This document shows positions 1 to 14,731 of a DNA stretch of 64,000 nt, piece after piece. A model generated the notes under the pieces. That model ran no database searches. It saw only the letters and a program-made list of their open reading frames with translations, and was not told the origin of the DNA. Position 1 is the first letter of the stretch; each line of letters starts with the position of its first letter. A program made the translations under genes and the position numbers. Source of the stretch: Chlorogloeopsis sp. ULAP01 (lineage in GTDB: Bacteria; Cyanobacteriota; Cyanobacteriia; Cyanobacteriales; Nostocaceae); contig NZ_JAUDRH010000016.1 in the NCBI RefSeq assembly GCF_030381805.1, positions 69,711-133,710 of the forward strand. The letters are read 5' to 3'.

Positions 1-109
1 GACAATTGCCTAGCACGACAACGGCTTAAAAATTCATGATTCCAAAGGGGATGATTAGCCGTAATTCCACGTAAAGATTCCTGAACTTTATTAAAAGAAG
101 ATAAGTTTT

Positions 110-880
110 TCATCGTGATACCTGTATAGCGAGATGAAGTGGTAAATCAATCAAAGGACGGAAGAATAATTCATCAAGTGCTATATGTTCTGGAGTAACT
201 CGTAATTCTTTTAGGTTTGGCATCGTATTGAAGCCAGCTTTTTTGAGAGCATCAAAATAGTCTTCTAAGGTTTTATGAACTAATTGCACATTTAGCCAAG
301 AACCGTCTCTTTTCCATATCCGCCCTGGAAATTGCCAATCTCGTTTACTGAAATAGCCTCTACCTTTAACTTCAAAATAGAAGGGATAAGCAGCTTCTCG
401 CATATAAGGAAAGGATGGATGGGGAACGCTGAAAACAAATTTACCCCCAGGGCAAAGTATGCGTGCGACTTCAGCTATGCATTGCTGAGTTTGAGCAGTT
501 GTTAAGTAATTAAAAAGGAAAACTGCAACTACTAAGTCAAATGTACGATCGCCAAATTGTTTGAGCTCGGTAGCACACCCTACTTGATAGTGAATACCTA
601 AGGAAACTTCTGCTTCCTGCAAGCTGGCTGCGGCAATCATACCTTCGGAAATATCCATACCAAATACTTGTGCCGCACCTCTTTTACGTAATTCTCGGCT
701 GCAATAACCTTCGCCACAACCAAGATCGAGTACTCGCAAACCCCTAACAGGCTCGCAAAGTTCTAGCACAAAGGGGCGTGCTGTAAAGTCAGACAGTGAA
801 GCAGGTTCTCCTCTAACCCACTGTGATGCTGTTCTGTCATAAAGGTTTTTAGTGGAATTATGATTATTGGAACTTGTCAT
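110..880 (-). CDS. class I SAM-dependent methyltransferase
   Basis: 256-aa ORF. Glycine-rich SAM-binding motif I (VLDLGCGEGY) followed by an acidic motif (FGMDIS). Typical Rossmann-fold MTase layout. Confidence 0.75.
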   Translation of the reverse strand: MTSSNNHNSTKNLYDRTASQWVRGEPASLSDFTARPFVLELCEPVRGLRVLDLGCGEGYCSRELRKRGAAQVFGMDISEGMIAAASLQEAEVSLGIHYQVGCATELKQFGDRTFDLVVAVFLFNYLTTAQTQQCIAEVARILCPGGKFVFSVPHPSFPYMREAAYPFYFEVKGRGYFSKRDWQFPGRIWKRDGSWLNVQLVHKTLEDYFDALKKAGFNTMPNLKELRVTPEHIALDELFFRPLIDLPLHLAIQVSR

Positions 881-1673
881 TTATCTGTTTTTTATGTCTT
901 CTAATTAATTTATTTAGTTAAACTCCTGAAGTTTGCATAAATAGCTGGTAAATACTTTTAAATTATTTTCAAAATATTTACAGCCTATTTCAGAAGTAAA
1001 ACAGCCTTTCTACCTGATTCTGATTCCTAGATTGTATACTTCACTAAATTGTATACTTCACTAACTAGCATTCAATTGTCATTAGCAATATACAATCCAC
1101 CAAATACAAAGTATTTAAAACGAACATTTTTGAGCATCAAGCCTGAAAAACTTATTAAAATGACTCAAACTCAACTTCTGGTCAATCAATCTGCCCTTTT
1201 CTAAGAAAAATAAGTTTTTATCAGCTACCTATAGTTTTAGCAATTGTATATTTTGTTGATAATGTTGATTTTACTGATTTTTCTGACTTTGATATTAAGA
1301 AGTTACTAAAGTAAGCCAAAACTATATTGTTTACACTATCTTCTATTTATTTACTAGAAAATTCATACAAAGCTAGATAATACCTCAATAAAATTTCATG
1401 TTTTTTAGATTAAGCTTCATAATTAAATATACTTTAAAAAAAATAAATACTTTTCCTTATGTCTTTATTTCTAATTTATAGAGTTTTTCCGGGTTACTAC
1501 TCTTTTAACTTCATTTGTATTCATTCAATATAAGGTTATTGGTTTTCATTAGATTTGATTAGTAAGCACTCTATTAGTAATCTAGAAAACTAGTAGAATT
1601 TTTCATTCAGAAATAATATTCCTCTATTTATAAACCCAAATTATTCAATCACTAAAATTAAGTAAGGATAATC

Positions 1674-2669
1674 ATGAAAGGATTATTAGCTAAAGCAGAA
1701 CTAAACAAGCATTCAGAATATGAGCGCGCGATCGCATTCTCTCAACTAGGCGATCAACTATTTGATGAACTTAGCGATCGCATTGCTACCAAACGACTGT
1801 ACCGACTACTTTTTGAACACAAACTCAAGCCTGAACTCTTCCAGCAAATCAAAATTGCAGCGGCAACTTACATTTCAGCTTGTTTAAATAGCCCTATCAT
1901 TCTCTCAGAACCACAAATGCTTCAGAGATTGCTAGAAGCAAAAAATACTCTGTCTAACTATACCGGAACTGGACTTTTGATGCCAAAGCGAGAACACACT
2001 CTAGCTTTTAACCTTTTTCAAAAAAGTGTTGCTGAAGCTTTTTACCAATTAGGAGCAAATGACTTAATCGATGCAGTAGATTTGCCAGTAAATCTCCGCA
2101 TGGTATACGGCAAAACCGAGCCAGAAAAATCTCGTTTACCCTTTGCTAGCTCAAAATGTCATAGCGATGTTTGGGCAGGAGTTCCAGCAGATGCAACAGT
2201 AGTAATTTTGCCGTTGTTTGGTGACATAGACAATATAACTATCGAAGCTGGTGAAATGCCCCGCGAAATGGAACTACAAGCAATGCGGGTAATGTCCGAC
2301 TTTGATGAAGGTAGGGATATTCCGATGGTTGTCTCCTACCCAGAAGCACAACTACAACACGGTACGATGTATTTCAACGATGCTCGCGGTTTGCACCAAA
2401 CAGTTAGACGTAAAACAGAAGGACTAAGAATTTCAGTAGATTTTAGATTTCGCAGAAAATTCAACGAAGCATACCGGGCAATGGTACCACCGAGTATTGG
2501 TGGTATAGAACAAGATATGAGCATACCTTACCAAGAGTGGTTGAAGGTAGGTAAGGAAACATTAATTATATTTGATGAAACTGTTGAACAGACAAAGGCA
2601 AGGCAGAAAGTAGGAAGCCCAGTTCCACTCTATACGCGTGGATATCGTCTCCTAAAAATGTTTGATTAA
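1674..2669 (+). CDS. hypothetical protein (no recognised domain)
   Basis: 331-aa ORF with good coding look, preceded by ~770 bp of AT-rich non-coding DNA. No motif recognised by eye. Confidence 0.55.
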   Translation: MKGLLAKAELNKHSEYERAIAFSQLGDQLFDELSDRIATKRLYRLLFEHKLKPELFQQIKIAAATYISACLNSPIILSEPQMLQRLLEAKNTLSNYTGTGLLMPKREHTLAFNLFQKSVAEAFYQLGANDLIDAVDLPVNLRMVYGKTEPEKSRLPFASSKCHSDVWAGVPADATVVILPLFGDIDNITIEAGEMPREMELQAMRVMSDFDEGRDIPMVVSYPEAQLQHGTMYFNDARGLHQTVRRKTEGLRISVDFRFRRKFNEAYRAMVPPSIGGIEQDMSIPYQEWLKVGKETLIIFDETVEQTKARQKVGSPVPLYTRGYRLLKMFD

Positions 2670-2740
2670 ACCTTTTGCACTCGTTCGATTTTCAAACAAG
2701 CCGATTTTTACAAGAACACTATAAATAGACTAAAAACACA

Positions 2741-2771
2741 GATCCCCGACTTTTACAAAAAGTCGAGGATC
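2741..2771. terminator. GC-rich palindromic hairpin (CCCCGACTT...AAGTCGAGG), copy A
   Basis: Arms gatccccgacttt / aaagtcgaggatc with one mismatch, lying between convergent genes. Member of a 3-copy family in this window. Confidence 0.5.
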
Positions 2772-2796
2772 TTACATTGAGATAATAATACGAAAA

Positions 2797-2817
2797 AGAG
2801 GTCAAACAGACCTCTTG
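2797..2817 (-). terminator. apcC terminator hairpin
   Basis: aagaggtc-aaaca-gacctctt hairpin just downstream of apcC on the minus strand, followed by a T-rich tract. Confidence 0.5.
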
Positions 2818-2853
2818 CAACTCCCTACAATAATTTGGTCTATAGCAATTACA

Positions 2854-3060
2854 TTAAGCTAAACCAGTATTTGTTCCTTGCTTACCAGTAGCTAATTCTA
2901 CTTTAACGATTTTGCCGCCCATTTTTTGAATACGTTGCTGTTCGCGGAACCAGTTTTCATAAGGAACTAACTTAGTGAAGTAAGTATTTTGCAATTCCCG
3001 TTGAGTGCGAATTCTAGTTTGGCTGGGAACGCAAGCAGTAATTTTAAATAAGCGCGACAT
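2854..3060 (-). CDS. apcC: phycobilisome core linker Lc7.8 (ApcC)
   Basis: 68 aa. Sequence MSRLFKITACVPSQTRIRTQRELQNTYFTKLVPYENWFREQQRIQKMGGKIVKVELATG matches the CpcD-like small core linker. Sits downstream of apcAB. Confidence 0.9.
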   Translation of the reverse strand: MSRLFKITACVPSQTRIRTQRELQNTYFTKLVPYENWFREQQRIQKMGGKIVKVELATGKQGTNTGLA

Positions 3061-3284
3061 TGTCGTAAATCTCCTGTAGCGAAAGTGAAAACTTTTTTAT
3101 TTCAAAATCTTGTCTTTTTTGCCTTTATTCATTCCAAGGCTGGAAATCAAGCGTCAATACTAGACAGTTATCACTCATCATTCATTTATTTAGCTTGATA
3201 AGCGACATAACACCCTAGCACTCACGACTGATTTCCAGACCTTAATCTAAAGTCGCACCTAAACTCTTAAGCGCAAACTATCTC

Positions 3285-3770
3285 CTAGCTCAAACCAGAG
3301 CTGATATAGTCGAAGTAAACACCCATTTCTTTACCAGCGTCAGGGCCTACCAAGCTAGCGGTTACTTCCTTCATTGATTGGATAGCTTGTACGGTAGCGC
3401 CGATGGGTACACCCAGGGAGTTGTAGGTTTCCTTCAAGCCATTGAGTACGCGCTCGTCCAAAATGGAGGGATCGCCAGCCAACATAGCATAGGTAGCGTA
3501 GCGGAGGTAGTAATCCAAGTCGCGGATGCAAGCAGCATAGCGGCGAGTGGTATACATGTTACCGCCGGGACGGGTGATATCAGAGTACAGGAGGGACTTA
3601 GCCACAGCTTCTTTCACGATCGCAGCAGCATTAGCAGCGATGGTGGTAGCAGCACGTACACGTAGTTCTCCAGTCGAGAAGTAGCCCTTGAGCTTCTCTA
3701 GAGCAGCAGTGTCCAAGTACTTACCTTGAACGTCTGAAGAATTAATAACAGCGGTAATTGCGTCTTGCAT
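3285..3770 (-). CDS. apcB: allophycocyanin beta subunit
   Basis: 161 aa, [20 protein letters not shown]... with a globin-like phycobiliprotein fold and a conserved Cys for chromophore attachment. Downstream of apcA. Confidence 0.95.
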   Translation of the reverse strand: MQDAITAVINSSDVQGKYLDTAALEKLKGYFSTGELRVRAATTIAANAAAIVKEAVAKSLLYSDITRPGGNMYTTRRYAACIRDLDYYLRYATYAMLAGDPSILDERVLNGLKETYNSLGVPIGATVQAIQSMKEVTASLVGPDAGKEMGVYFDYISSGLS

Positions 3771-3834
3771 GTTGTTATTTCCTTATTTCCAACTTTATTG
3801 CAATACTTCTGTTTCAGCACAGAAACAGCTTTAC

Positions 3835-4320
3835 CTACGCCAAAGCACCAGCGACGTAATCGAAGTAAGCGCCTGCTTCAGAAGCATCATCAGCAGACAA
3901 CAGGGAAGCAGCAACATTCTTCATTGCGCTTACACCAGCAGCAACGGCATCGATGGGAGTACCGAGAGACTTGTACATTTCACGAACACCCACAATACCA
4001 ATTTCTTCGATTGGGGTAACATCACCAGCTACAACACCGTAGGTAACAAGGCGGAGGTAGTAATCTAGGTCGCGTAAGCAGGTAGCGGTCATTTCTTGAC
4101 CGTAAGCGTTGCCACCAGGAGAAACAACATCAGGGCGCTTTTGGAAGAGCTGATCGCCAGCTTGCTTAACAATCCGCTCACGGTTGTCTGTCAAAACCTG
4201 AGCAATCCGTAGGCGCTTTTCACCACCAGAAACAAAGCTCTTAATCCGATCCAGTTCGCCAGGGCTGAGATAGCGGGCTTCTGCATCTGCATTCACGATG
4301 GACTTCGTGACGATACTCAT
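3835..4320 (-). CDS. apcA: allophycocyanin alpha subunit
   Basis: 161 aa, [30 protein letters not shown]..., a classic ApcA. Confidence 0.95.
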   Translation of the reverse strand: MSIVTKSIVNADAEARYLSPGELDRIKSFVSGGEKRLRIAQVLTDNRERIVKQAGDQLFQKRPDVVSPGGNAYGQEMTATCLRDLDYYLRLVTYGVVAGDVTPIEEIGIVGVREMYKSLGTPIDAVAAGVSAMKNVAASLLSADDASEAGAYFDYVAGALA

Positions 4321-4723
4321 TAATGGATTCCTCCAATACGAATAAAACCAGAATTTGATTAAACTGGTGCGACTTCTAAGTGGCTGATTTTGCTTGTCTC
4401 CGCTTTTTTAGACTCAGCAGTTATATAAGATGCTGGAAATATTACATTCCGAGCCTGCTTGAGTAATTACGAGTAAACAAGCTTTATAAATTCAGCTACC
4501 TTCCGGAATTATTTTCGGGCATTATGTTGAGCATTTATGACTGCTTTTAACAGTTTGTAACATTACTTTTCATGTTTAAGGTCGCACCACTATTCTGAAA
4601 GCCATGTTACGAAAAGTTGCAACAAGAGCCAGAACAAGCTAGAGGAGCCGAGGGACCGTACAACTCCCCTGGTTTCCTCTGCTGTAAAACTACCAAAAGA
4701 TAGCCAAAGAAAATGAAAAGTTT

Positions 4724-8170
<3,447 letters not shown>

Positions 8171-8521
8171 TTAAGTCTGAGCCAGTTTTAGGCTTGACAC
8201 ATGGATATTTTTATGCACTCCCGTGTCGCCTTCTAATCTGCCAGAAAAAAATTAACCCAATCAGCTTTTAGATTAGAACGTTTTGCGATTTATCTGGGGC
8301 TTTATTAAGAAGTGTGTAGAAACTGTAGCGTTAATGTATAGGTTATTTAAGATGCCAACTCCAGTTTCCTGAGAAAAAACCTAAGTTTTGTATTTGTATC
8401 TGTAGATAACCAAGCCTCATGCAGAGAGTTTGCCAAAAGGGTATTAGCTAGCTTGATTTTATCCGATCGCAATAAAATCCATGCGCTCCAATGTATTCAA
8501 GTTTTTTTGGCGATGCGTTCC

Positions 8522-9256
8522 CTAAGCCACACCAGTTTGTTTAACGTAAGCGTTTTGAGTAAACAAAGGTACACAATTGCTCACATTAAAAGCTGCTGCC
8601 AGTTCAACATCTGACTCAAACCCACGTGCAATTAATTCTTTGCCAGAACTACATTTTTGTAAATACGCCAATAAATCTTTTTTAAAAGCATGAAATGCCG
8701 CCACAGCAATTTCTGCTTCTGGCGATAAACTGCCATCTAAATAGCTGAGAATTGCCCCTGCACCAATCAAATCCTCAAACGCTAATCGCAGGCTACTATC
8801 CTCTTGCCACCTCTCACCAGCAGGAATCACGGCAATTTTACTGCCATACCTTTGGGCAAACTGAGCCACAACTTCACAGTTGCGCAAGCAACCAGCCAAG
8901 GTGGGTGTAGTCCCAGTCAGCAAGGAGAGAGTAGAACCATTAGGTGAGGGCAAAACTAGTCGAGTTCCCGCCGGAATCTGAGTTAGCGATGCTGGGGAGA
9001 GAGAATATCCACTTGTAGACAAACTCTGTCTATGACTTGCCAACTCTGCCTGTACCGACTTAGCATAATCTACTGCTGATTCGTCTTTAATTGGATACGG
9101 AAAAATCATCGCGCCATTATTAGTGGCGAGTTCCACACAGGTTGAAAAAGAAAGTACATCAATGATTACAACTACATCACTGATAGAAGCAAGTTGGACA
9201 ATTCCTTGTTGACCCCACTCACAACGCAAATCGTATTCTGATTGATTAAAAATCAT
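8522..9256 (-). CDS. ComB-family (2-phosphosulfolactate phosphatase-like) protein
   Basis: ORF MIFNQSEYDLRCEWGQQG... Start trimmed to the internal Met. Overall similarity to the ComB family is recalled from memory. Confidence 0.5.
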   Translation of the reverse strand: MIFNQSEYDLRCEWGQQGIVQLASISDVVVIIDVLSFSTCVELATNNGAMIFPYPIKDESAVDYAKSVQAELASHRQSLSTSGYSLSPASLTQIPAGTRLVLPSPNGSTLSLLTGTTPTLAGCLRNCEVVAQFAQRYGSKIAVIPAGERWQEDSSLRLAFEDLIGAGAILSYLDGSLSPEAEIAVAAFHAFKKDLLAYLQKCSSGKELIARGFESDVELAAAFNVSNCVPLFTQNAYVKQTGVA

Positions 9257-9386
9257 ATTCCCCGTGTCCCCGCGTCTCATTGTCCCCGTGTCCTTCCATC
9301 TGCCTTCTGCCTTCTACTCAAACGCGATCGCCTAAATAGCAACCACAAGCGATAAACTCAAAAATACTGCGATTACAGCTCCAGAT

Positions 9387-10568
9387 ATGTCCGACTCACA
9401 AACCATTAGCGCTGCTGTTGCCAATTTATACAACACCTACCCCTTTCCTCCAGAACCGCTACTAGATAAACCGCCCCCAGGTTATAACTGGCGTTGGAAT
9501 TGGCTAGCTGCCTACAACTTCTGTACTGGACGAAAACCTCAAAAGCAAAACATCCACATTTTAGATGCTGGCTGTGGTACGGGAGTAGGAACAGAGTACT
9601 TAGTTCACCTTAATCCTGAAGCTAGTGTTGTAGGCATTGACCTCAGTGTTGGTGCTCTAGAAGTAGCAAAAGAGCGTTGCCAGCGTTCAAAAGCAAACCG
9701 CGTGGAGTTTCATCACCTCAGCTTGTACGATGTGGAACAAATTCCGGGTGAGTTTGACTTTATTAATTGTGTAGGAGTGCTGCACCACTTACCCGATCCG
9801 ATTCGCGGTATGCAAGCCTTAGCAAAGAAGTTAGCCCCAGGCGGCTTAATGCACATCTTTGTGTATGGAGAGTTGGGACGCTGGGAAATTCAACTGATGC
9901 AAAAAGCGATCGCTCTCCTCCAAGGCGAAAAACAGGGCGACTACCGCGATGGTGTTCAGGTAGGACGAAAGATATTTACCTCGCTTCCAGAACATAATCG
10001 ACTTGTCAAGAGAGAAAAAGAACGTTGGTCACTGGAAAATCAGCGTGACGAGTGCTTTGCCGATATGTACGTCCATCCCCAGGAAATAGACTACAATATT
10101 GAAACTTTATTTGAATTAATTGATGCATCGGGATTGGAATTTATTGGTTTTTCTAATCCTGGTTTTTGGGATTTAGAAAGACTTTTGAGCAAAGCACCAG
10201 AATTGATTGAACGGGCGCAAAATTTAAGCGATCGCCAACGTTATCGCCTCATAGAATTACTAGATCCAGAAGTTACCCATTACGAATTTTTCCTCGGTCG
10301 CCCTCCCCTAGCTAAAGCTGACTGGTCAGAGGATAAAATCCTTTTGGCAGCTATTCCCGAACTTAATCCCTGTATAGATGGCTTTCCCAGCCATTGTATA
10401 TTTAATTACGATTACCAAATAGTCAACTTGTCACCAGCAGAGTTGGAGTTTCTCCAAAATTGTAATAGTCAATCAACAGTAGCCGAGATTTTGGCAAATG
10501 TGCAGCTTGGTTTAGATGAACTCAGAAAATTCCTCAAGCAACAGCTAATTTTATTAACACCTGCTTAA
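9387..10568 (+). CDS. class I SAM-dependent methyltransferase with C-terminal extension
   Basis: 393 aa. Motif I ILDAGCGTGVGTEYL, post-I acidic GIDLS, FINCVGVLHHL motif. Confidence 0.7.
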   Translation: MSDSQTISAAVANLYNTYPFPPEPLLDKPPPGYNWRWNWLAAYNFCTGRKPQKQNIHILDAGCGTGVGTEYLVHLNPEASVVGIDLSVGALEVAKERCQRSKANRVEFHHLSLYDVEQIPGEFDFINCVGVLHHLPDPIRGMQALAKKLAPGGLMHIFVYGELGRWEIQLMQKAIALLQGEKQGDYRDGVQVGRKIFTSLPEHNRLVKREKERWSLENQRDECFADMYVHPQEIDYNIETLFELIDASGLEFIGFSNPGFWDLERLLSKAPELIERAQNLSDRQRYRLIELLDPEVTHYEFFLGRPPLAKADWSEDKILLAAIPELNPCIDGFPSHCIFNYDYQIVNLSPAELEFLQNCNSQSTVAEILANVQLGLDELRKFLKQQLILLTPA

Positions 10569-10637
10569 TCATTAAATAATCATTGGTCATTAGTCAGTGG
10601 TCAATAATCATTTGTTAGTGGTTAGTAGTTAATAGGT
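10566..10637. repeat. STRR-like heptamer repeats (TTGGTCA family)
   Basis: cattggtcattagtcagtggtcaataatcatttgttagtggttagtagtt. Confidence 0.6.
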
Positions 10638-10979
10638 TGCTAGTCTATTCCTCCCCGTGTCCCCTTGTCCCCTTTTCCCCTTTTCCCCGTTCCCTGGTAA
10701 CGAGAACTAATGCTCTCTCAATCGAAAATGGTGCTGCTATGACTTTCAGAAAAACGCACAGTCCCAAGAAGCATGAGATAGTATAGTAGAGGCACAAGAT
10801 GAGAAATCGTTCTCTTCCTCGCTCATCTGGGCTTGCTATCTTGCACTCTCCACACTCCGTTTCCATTGGTTAACAGTTAAGTGAATTGTTTTTTTCTAAA
10901 GTATTGTTACTCAATCGTGATATGATTTAGCTGGCTGAATGTGCAGTCAACATAATTAGCTGTACTGGTTTCGAGTCCC

Positions 10980-11438
10980 GTGAGCTTGTCTGATGAATCA
11001 ACTGATCCCACACCAACACAACGACAAGATACTCAATCTGGTTTTGAGGACACAGAACCAGTAGACTCCATGCAGGAGTTTTATCAACTCTATCAGGAGT
11101 TCTTGGTAATTACACTTGTCTTGACGGGGATTATTTTTATCTCTGTGTGGATTTTCTATTCCCTAAACATTGCCCTAAATTATCTTCTTGGGGCAGCTAC
11201 TGGCATGGTTTATGTGAGGATGTTGGCAAAAGATGTTGAGCGACTGGGCCAAGAAAAACGGCAGTTGAGTAAAAATCGGTTTGCTTTACTAGTAATCATA
11301 ATTCTAGTGGCATCTCGGTGGAATCAGCTACAAATATTGCCCATATTTTTGGGTTTTCTCACTTATAAAGCAACGCTCATCTTCTACGTCATTCGGGAGG
11401 CGTTTATCTCTGCTTTACCGAATCCTCGACAACCTTAA
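10980..11438 (+). CDS. atp1: ATP synthase protein I (atp1)
   Basis: 152-aa hydrophobic protein with a GTG start, immediately upstream of the a subunit. First gene of the cyanobacterial atp1 operon. Confidence 0.7.
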   Translation: MSLSDESTDPTPTQRQDTQSGFEDTEPVDSMQEFYQLYQEFLVITLVLTGIIFISVWIFYSLNIALNYLLGAATGMVYVRMLAKDVERLGQEKRQLSKNRFALLVIIILVASRWNQLQILPIFLGFLTYKATLIFYVIREAFISALPNPRQP

Positions 11439-11533
11439 AATGGCTCAATGTGGGGTTTTTGGGAAAAAATCCACACCAGGCTCTGTTCCTGTTCTCCAGC
11501 TAAGATTGGAGAAATAATTGATATGGGAAGGAA

Positions 11534-12289
11534 ATGCTGAATTTTCTGAACTTCTTCAATTCTGTTCCCCTTGCCGAATTAGAAGTCGGTCAACATTTCT
11601 ACTGGCAATTGGGCAATCTGAAAATACACGGACAAGTTTTTCTCACCTCTTGGTTTGTGATTGCCATTCTAGTAGTGGCTTCACTTACCGCGACTCGGAA
11701 CATCCAGAGAATTCCTAGTGGCATACAAAATTTGATGGAATATGCCTTGGAATTTATTCGCGATCTGACGAAAAACCAGCTTGGTGAGAAAGAGTACCGT
11801 CCTTGGGTGCCATTTATTGGCACACTGTTTTTGTTTATCTTCATCTCAAATTGGTCGGGTGCTTTGGTGCCGTGGAAGATCATCAAGCTGCCTTCGGGTG
11901 AATTAGCGGCTCCGACCAATGACATCAATACGACAGTAGCACTGGCGTTGCTGACATCTTTGGCTTACTTTTACGCCGGTTTTAGCAAGCGCGGTCTGGG
12001 ATACTTTAAAAAGTATATCGAGCCGACACCGATCCTGCTACCGATCGCGATTCTAGAAGATTTCACCAAGCCTCTATCCCTAAGCTTCCGACTTTTTGGT
12101 AACATCTTGGCGGATGAACTAGTGGTGGCAGTGCTGGTTCTTTTAGTTCCTCTATTCATACCTCTGCCGGTAATGGCTTTGGGGTTATTTACTAGTGCCA
12201 TTCAAGCCCTGGTTTTTGCCACACTAGCAGGCGCGTATATTCATGAGGCGATGGAGGGACATGGTGGTGAAGAGCATGAGGAACATTAG
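11534..12289 (+). CDS. atpI: F0F1 ATP synthase subunit a
   Basis: 251 aa. Conserved [13 protein letters not shown] motif (essential Arg). Cyanobacterial/chloroplast name atpI (E. coli atpB). Confidence 0.9.
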   Translation: MLNFLNFFNSVPLAELEVGQHFYWQLGNLKIHGQVFLTSWFVIAILVVASLTATRNIQRIPSGIQNLMEYALEFIRDLTKNQLGEKEYRPWVPFIGTLFLFIFISNWSGALVPWKIIKLPSGELAAPTNDINTTVALALLTSLAYFYAGFSKRGLGYFKKYIEPTPILLPIAILEDFTKPLSLSFRLFGNILADELVVAVLVLLVPLFIPLPVMALGLFTSAIQALVFATLAGAYIHEAMEGHGGEEHEEH

Positions 12290-12291
12290 AT

Positions 12292-12320
12292 ACAGTGAAC
12301 AGTGAACAGTGAACAGTAAA
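12292..12320. repeat. STRR heptamer array (GAACAGT x4)
   Basis: cagtgaacagtgaacagtgaacagtaaag in the atpI-atpH spacer. Confidence 0.7.
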
Positions 12321-12418
12321 GAAAAACTGATAACTAATAACTGTTAACTGTTGAAGTCCTCAGTTGATGTAATTTTAGATTTTGGCAGCTCGAATTTTGA
12401 GTTTGATTCAAAATCTAA

Positions 12419-12715
<297 letters not shown>

Positions 12716-12867
12716 GACTTAAAACTCTTTATGTAATTAACAGACGTGAAAGTTCACGTCTGTAGTCTAGGGTGACCCTTTATAGTTATTGGGTCTCTAG
12801 ACACACAATCAAGGGTTGACTGAAAATATTGCCATGAAAACTGCTGTCCCAGCCAAAGAGGAGAGAA

Positions 12868-13302
12868 ATGTTTGATTTCGATGCTACCTTGCCCTTGATG
12901 GCATTGCAGTTCCTGCTGTTGGCAGCTGTATTGAATGTGATTTTCTATAAGCCACTGACCAAGGCATTGGACGATCGCGATAATTACATCCGAACGAATA
13001 ACCTGGAAGCTCGCGAACGCTTGGCTAAAACTGAGCGATTGACCAAAGAATATGAGCAGCAACTTGCTGATGCTCGCAAGCAAGCTCAAGCAGTCGTGAC
13101 TCAAGCTCAGGAAGATGCTCAGAAAATTACTGCTGAGAAAATCGCCGAAGCACAAAGAGAAGCTCAAGCTCAACGAGAACAGGTGGCTCAGGAAATAGAA
13201 CAGCAAAAGCAGGAAGCTTTACGTTCTTTAGAACAACAAGTAGATGCTTTTAGTAGGCAAATTCTAGAAAAACTATTGGAACCAAGTTTAGTTGGGAAGT
13301 AG
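12868..13302 (+). CDS. atpG: F0F1 ATP synthase subunit b'
   Basis: 144 aa. N-terminal TM helix plus long charged coiled coil. Position in the operon. Confidence 0.85.
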   Translation: MFDFDATLPLMALQFLLLAAVLNVIFYKPLTKALDDRDNYIRTNNLEARERLAKTERLTKEYEQQLADARKQAQAVVTQAQEDAQKITAEKIAEAQREAQAQREQVAQEIEQQKQEALRSLEQQVDAFSRQILEKLLEPSLVGK

Positions 13303-13467
13303 AGCTATTTTGATCAAGCTCGCAAAATCGGTTCCAAAAAAGGCATACGCGCAGCGGGGCGTAGTCTCTGTAAGCGCTGAATTAAGTGTCACGCATTGAC
13401 ACTTTTTTCCCTTTTTTCCTTTGGGGAAAGTTCTAAACTTACTAGTAAGGGAGCAGCGCAGTTGTAG

Positions 13468-14025
13468 ATGGGTATCATAGGAACTGTCTTATTACTAGCC
13501 ACAGAAGCATTGGCAGAAGCAGAATCAGCAGAAGGCGGTTTCGGTCTCAACCTAGACATTTTAGAAACCAACATCATTAACTTAGCGATTCTGGTTGGCG
13601 TATTATTTTACTTTGGGCGTAAAGTTGTAGGCAACACTTTGAGCGAGCGGCGCTCAAATATTGAAACAGCAATTCGGGAAGCAGAAGAGCGCTTAAAGGA
13701 AGCGGCTGCACAGCTTTCTGACGCACAGCAGAAGTTGACCAAGGCACAAGCAGAGGCACAACAAATTCGTAAATCTGCTGAAGAAAACGCTCAGGCAACT
13801 CGTGAAGCAATTTTGGCACGAGCAGCAGAAGATGTGCAACGTTTGAAAGAAACAGCTGCCCGTGATTTAAGTACAGAAACAGAGCGAGCGATCGCTCAAC
13901 TGCGGCAGCAGGTAGTTGCGATGGCATTGCAAAAAGCTGAGTCAGAACTAAAAAGTGGAATTTCTGACAATGCCCAACAAACATTAATTGATCGCAGCAT
14001 CGCACTACTGGGAGGCAAGGGATGA
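13468..14025 (+). CDS. atpF: F0F1 ATP synthase subunit b
   Basis: 185 aa. TM helix plus coiled coil. Overlaps atpD by 4 nt. Confidence 0.85.
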   Translation: MGIIGTVLLLATEALAEAESAEGGFGLNLDILETNIINLAILVGVLFYFGRKVVGNTLSERRSNIETAIREAEERLKEAAAQLSDAQQKLTKAQAEAQQIRKSAEENAQATREAILARAAEDVQRLKETAARDLSTETERAIAQLRQQVVAMALQKAESELKSGISDNAQQTLIDRSIALLGGKG

Positions 14026-14576
14026 AAACTAATATCGCAACAGCCGAAATAGCCCAGCCTTACGCAGAGGCTTTAATGTCGGTAGCGCAATCAAAAAACC
14101 AGACAGAAGAGTTCGGTGAGGATGTACGCTCTTTACTAAACTTGTTGTCCCAGAGCGAGCAACTGCGGAACTTTTTTGGCAATCCTTTTATTCCACCAGA
14201 GGATAAAAAGGCAGTCATCAATCGCATCTTCGGTGAAGGTGCTAACACTTATCTCCGTAACTTTTTGATGCTGCTGGTAGATAGACGGCGCATTCTTTTA
14301 CTGGAAGATATTTGCCAGCAGTATTTGGCGCTGTTGCGGCAACTCAAACAAACAGTGTTAGCAGAAGTAATATCTGCCGTTCCTCTGACCGAAGCGCAGT
14401 CCTCAGCAGTCAAAGAAAAGGTCATAGCTATGACCAACGCTCGCGAAGTAGAACTAGACACCAAAATTGATCGTGACATCATCGGTGGTGTCATTATAAA
14501 AGTGGGTTCTCAGGTAGTTGACGCAAGCTTGCGAGGTCAATTGCGTCGCCTTTCTTTGCGCTTAACCAGTGCCTAG
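14022..14576 (+). CDS. atpD: F0F1 ATP synthase subunit delta
   Basis: 184 aa OSCP-like protein upstream of alpha. Confidence 0.85.
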   Translation: MKTNIATAEIAQPYAEALMSVAQSKNQTEEFGEDVRSLLNLLSQSEQLRNFFGNPFIPPEDKKAVINRIFGEGANTYLRNFLMLLVDRRRILLLEDICQQYLALLRQLKQTVLAEVISAVPLTEAQSSAVKEKVIAMTNAREVELDTKIDRDIIGGVIIKVGSQVVDASLRGQLRRLSLRLTSA

Positions 14577-14642
14577 AAAGTTATGAGTGATGAGTTATGA
14601 ATTCTGGGTTATGAGTAACAGATTTGATTCTTAAGCTCGTAA

Positions 14643-14697
14643 CTCTCAACTACTAAAATTTAATTCTTAACTCCTAACTCTAAACTCCTAACTTTTG
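14643..14697. repeat. STRR-like heptamer repeats (CTAACTC)
   Basis: actctcaactactaaaatttaattcttaactcctaactctaaactcctaactttt. Confidence 0.6.
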
Positions 14698-14731
14698 AAT
14701 CTTTCCGTCTCGACAGCAAGAAGATAGACAA

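Noticed and set aside
2336-2524. Short antisense ORFs inside established genes (e.g. 2336-2524, 3378-3665, 5156-5491, 6434-6751, 12382-12702, 14933-15442, 24231-24452, 41122-41316, 43984-44334, 47829-48200)
   Set aside because: Each is embedded in, and antisense or out-of-frame to, a strongly supported conserved gene. Typical six-frame noise.
4357-4590. Long-range 9-bp inverted repeat (tggtgcgac / gtcgcacca) in the apcE-apcA spacer as a regulatory structure
   Set aside because: Only 9 bp separated by ~200 nt. Could arise by chance. Noted but not reported as a feature.
12292-12320. CRISPR array suspicion for heptamer tandem repeats (here and at about 14650, 16260, 39950, 40850, 42760, 48540)
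   Set aside because: Repeat unit is 7 nt with no spacers. These are STRR arrays typical of Nostocales, not CRISPR. No cas genes in the window.
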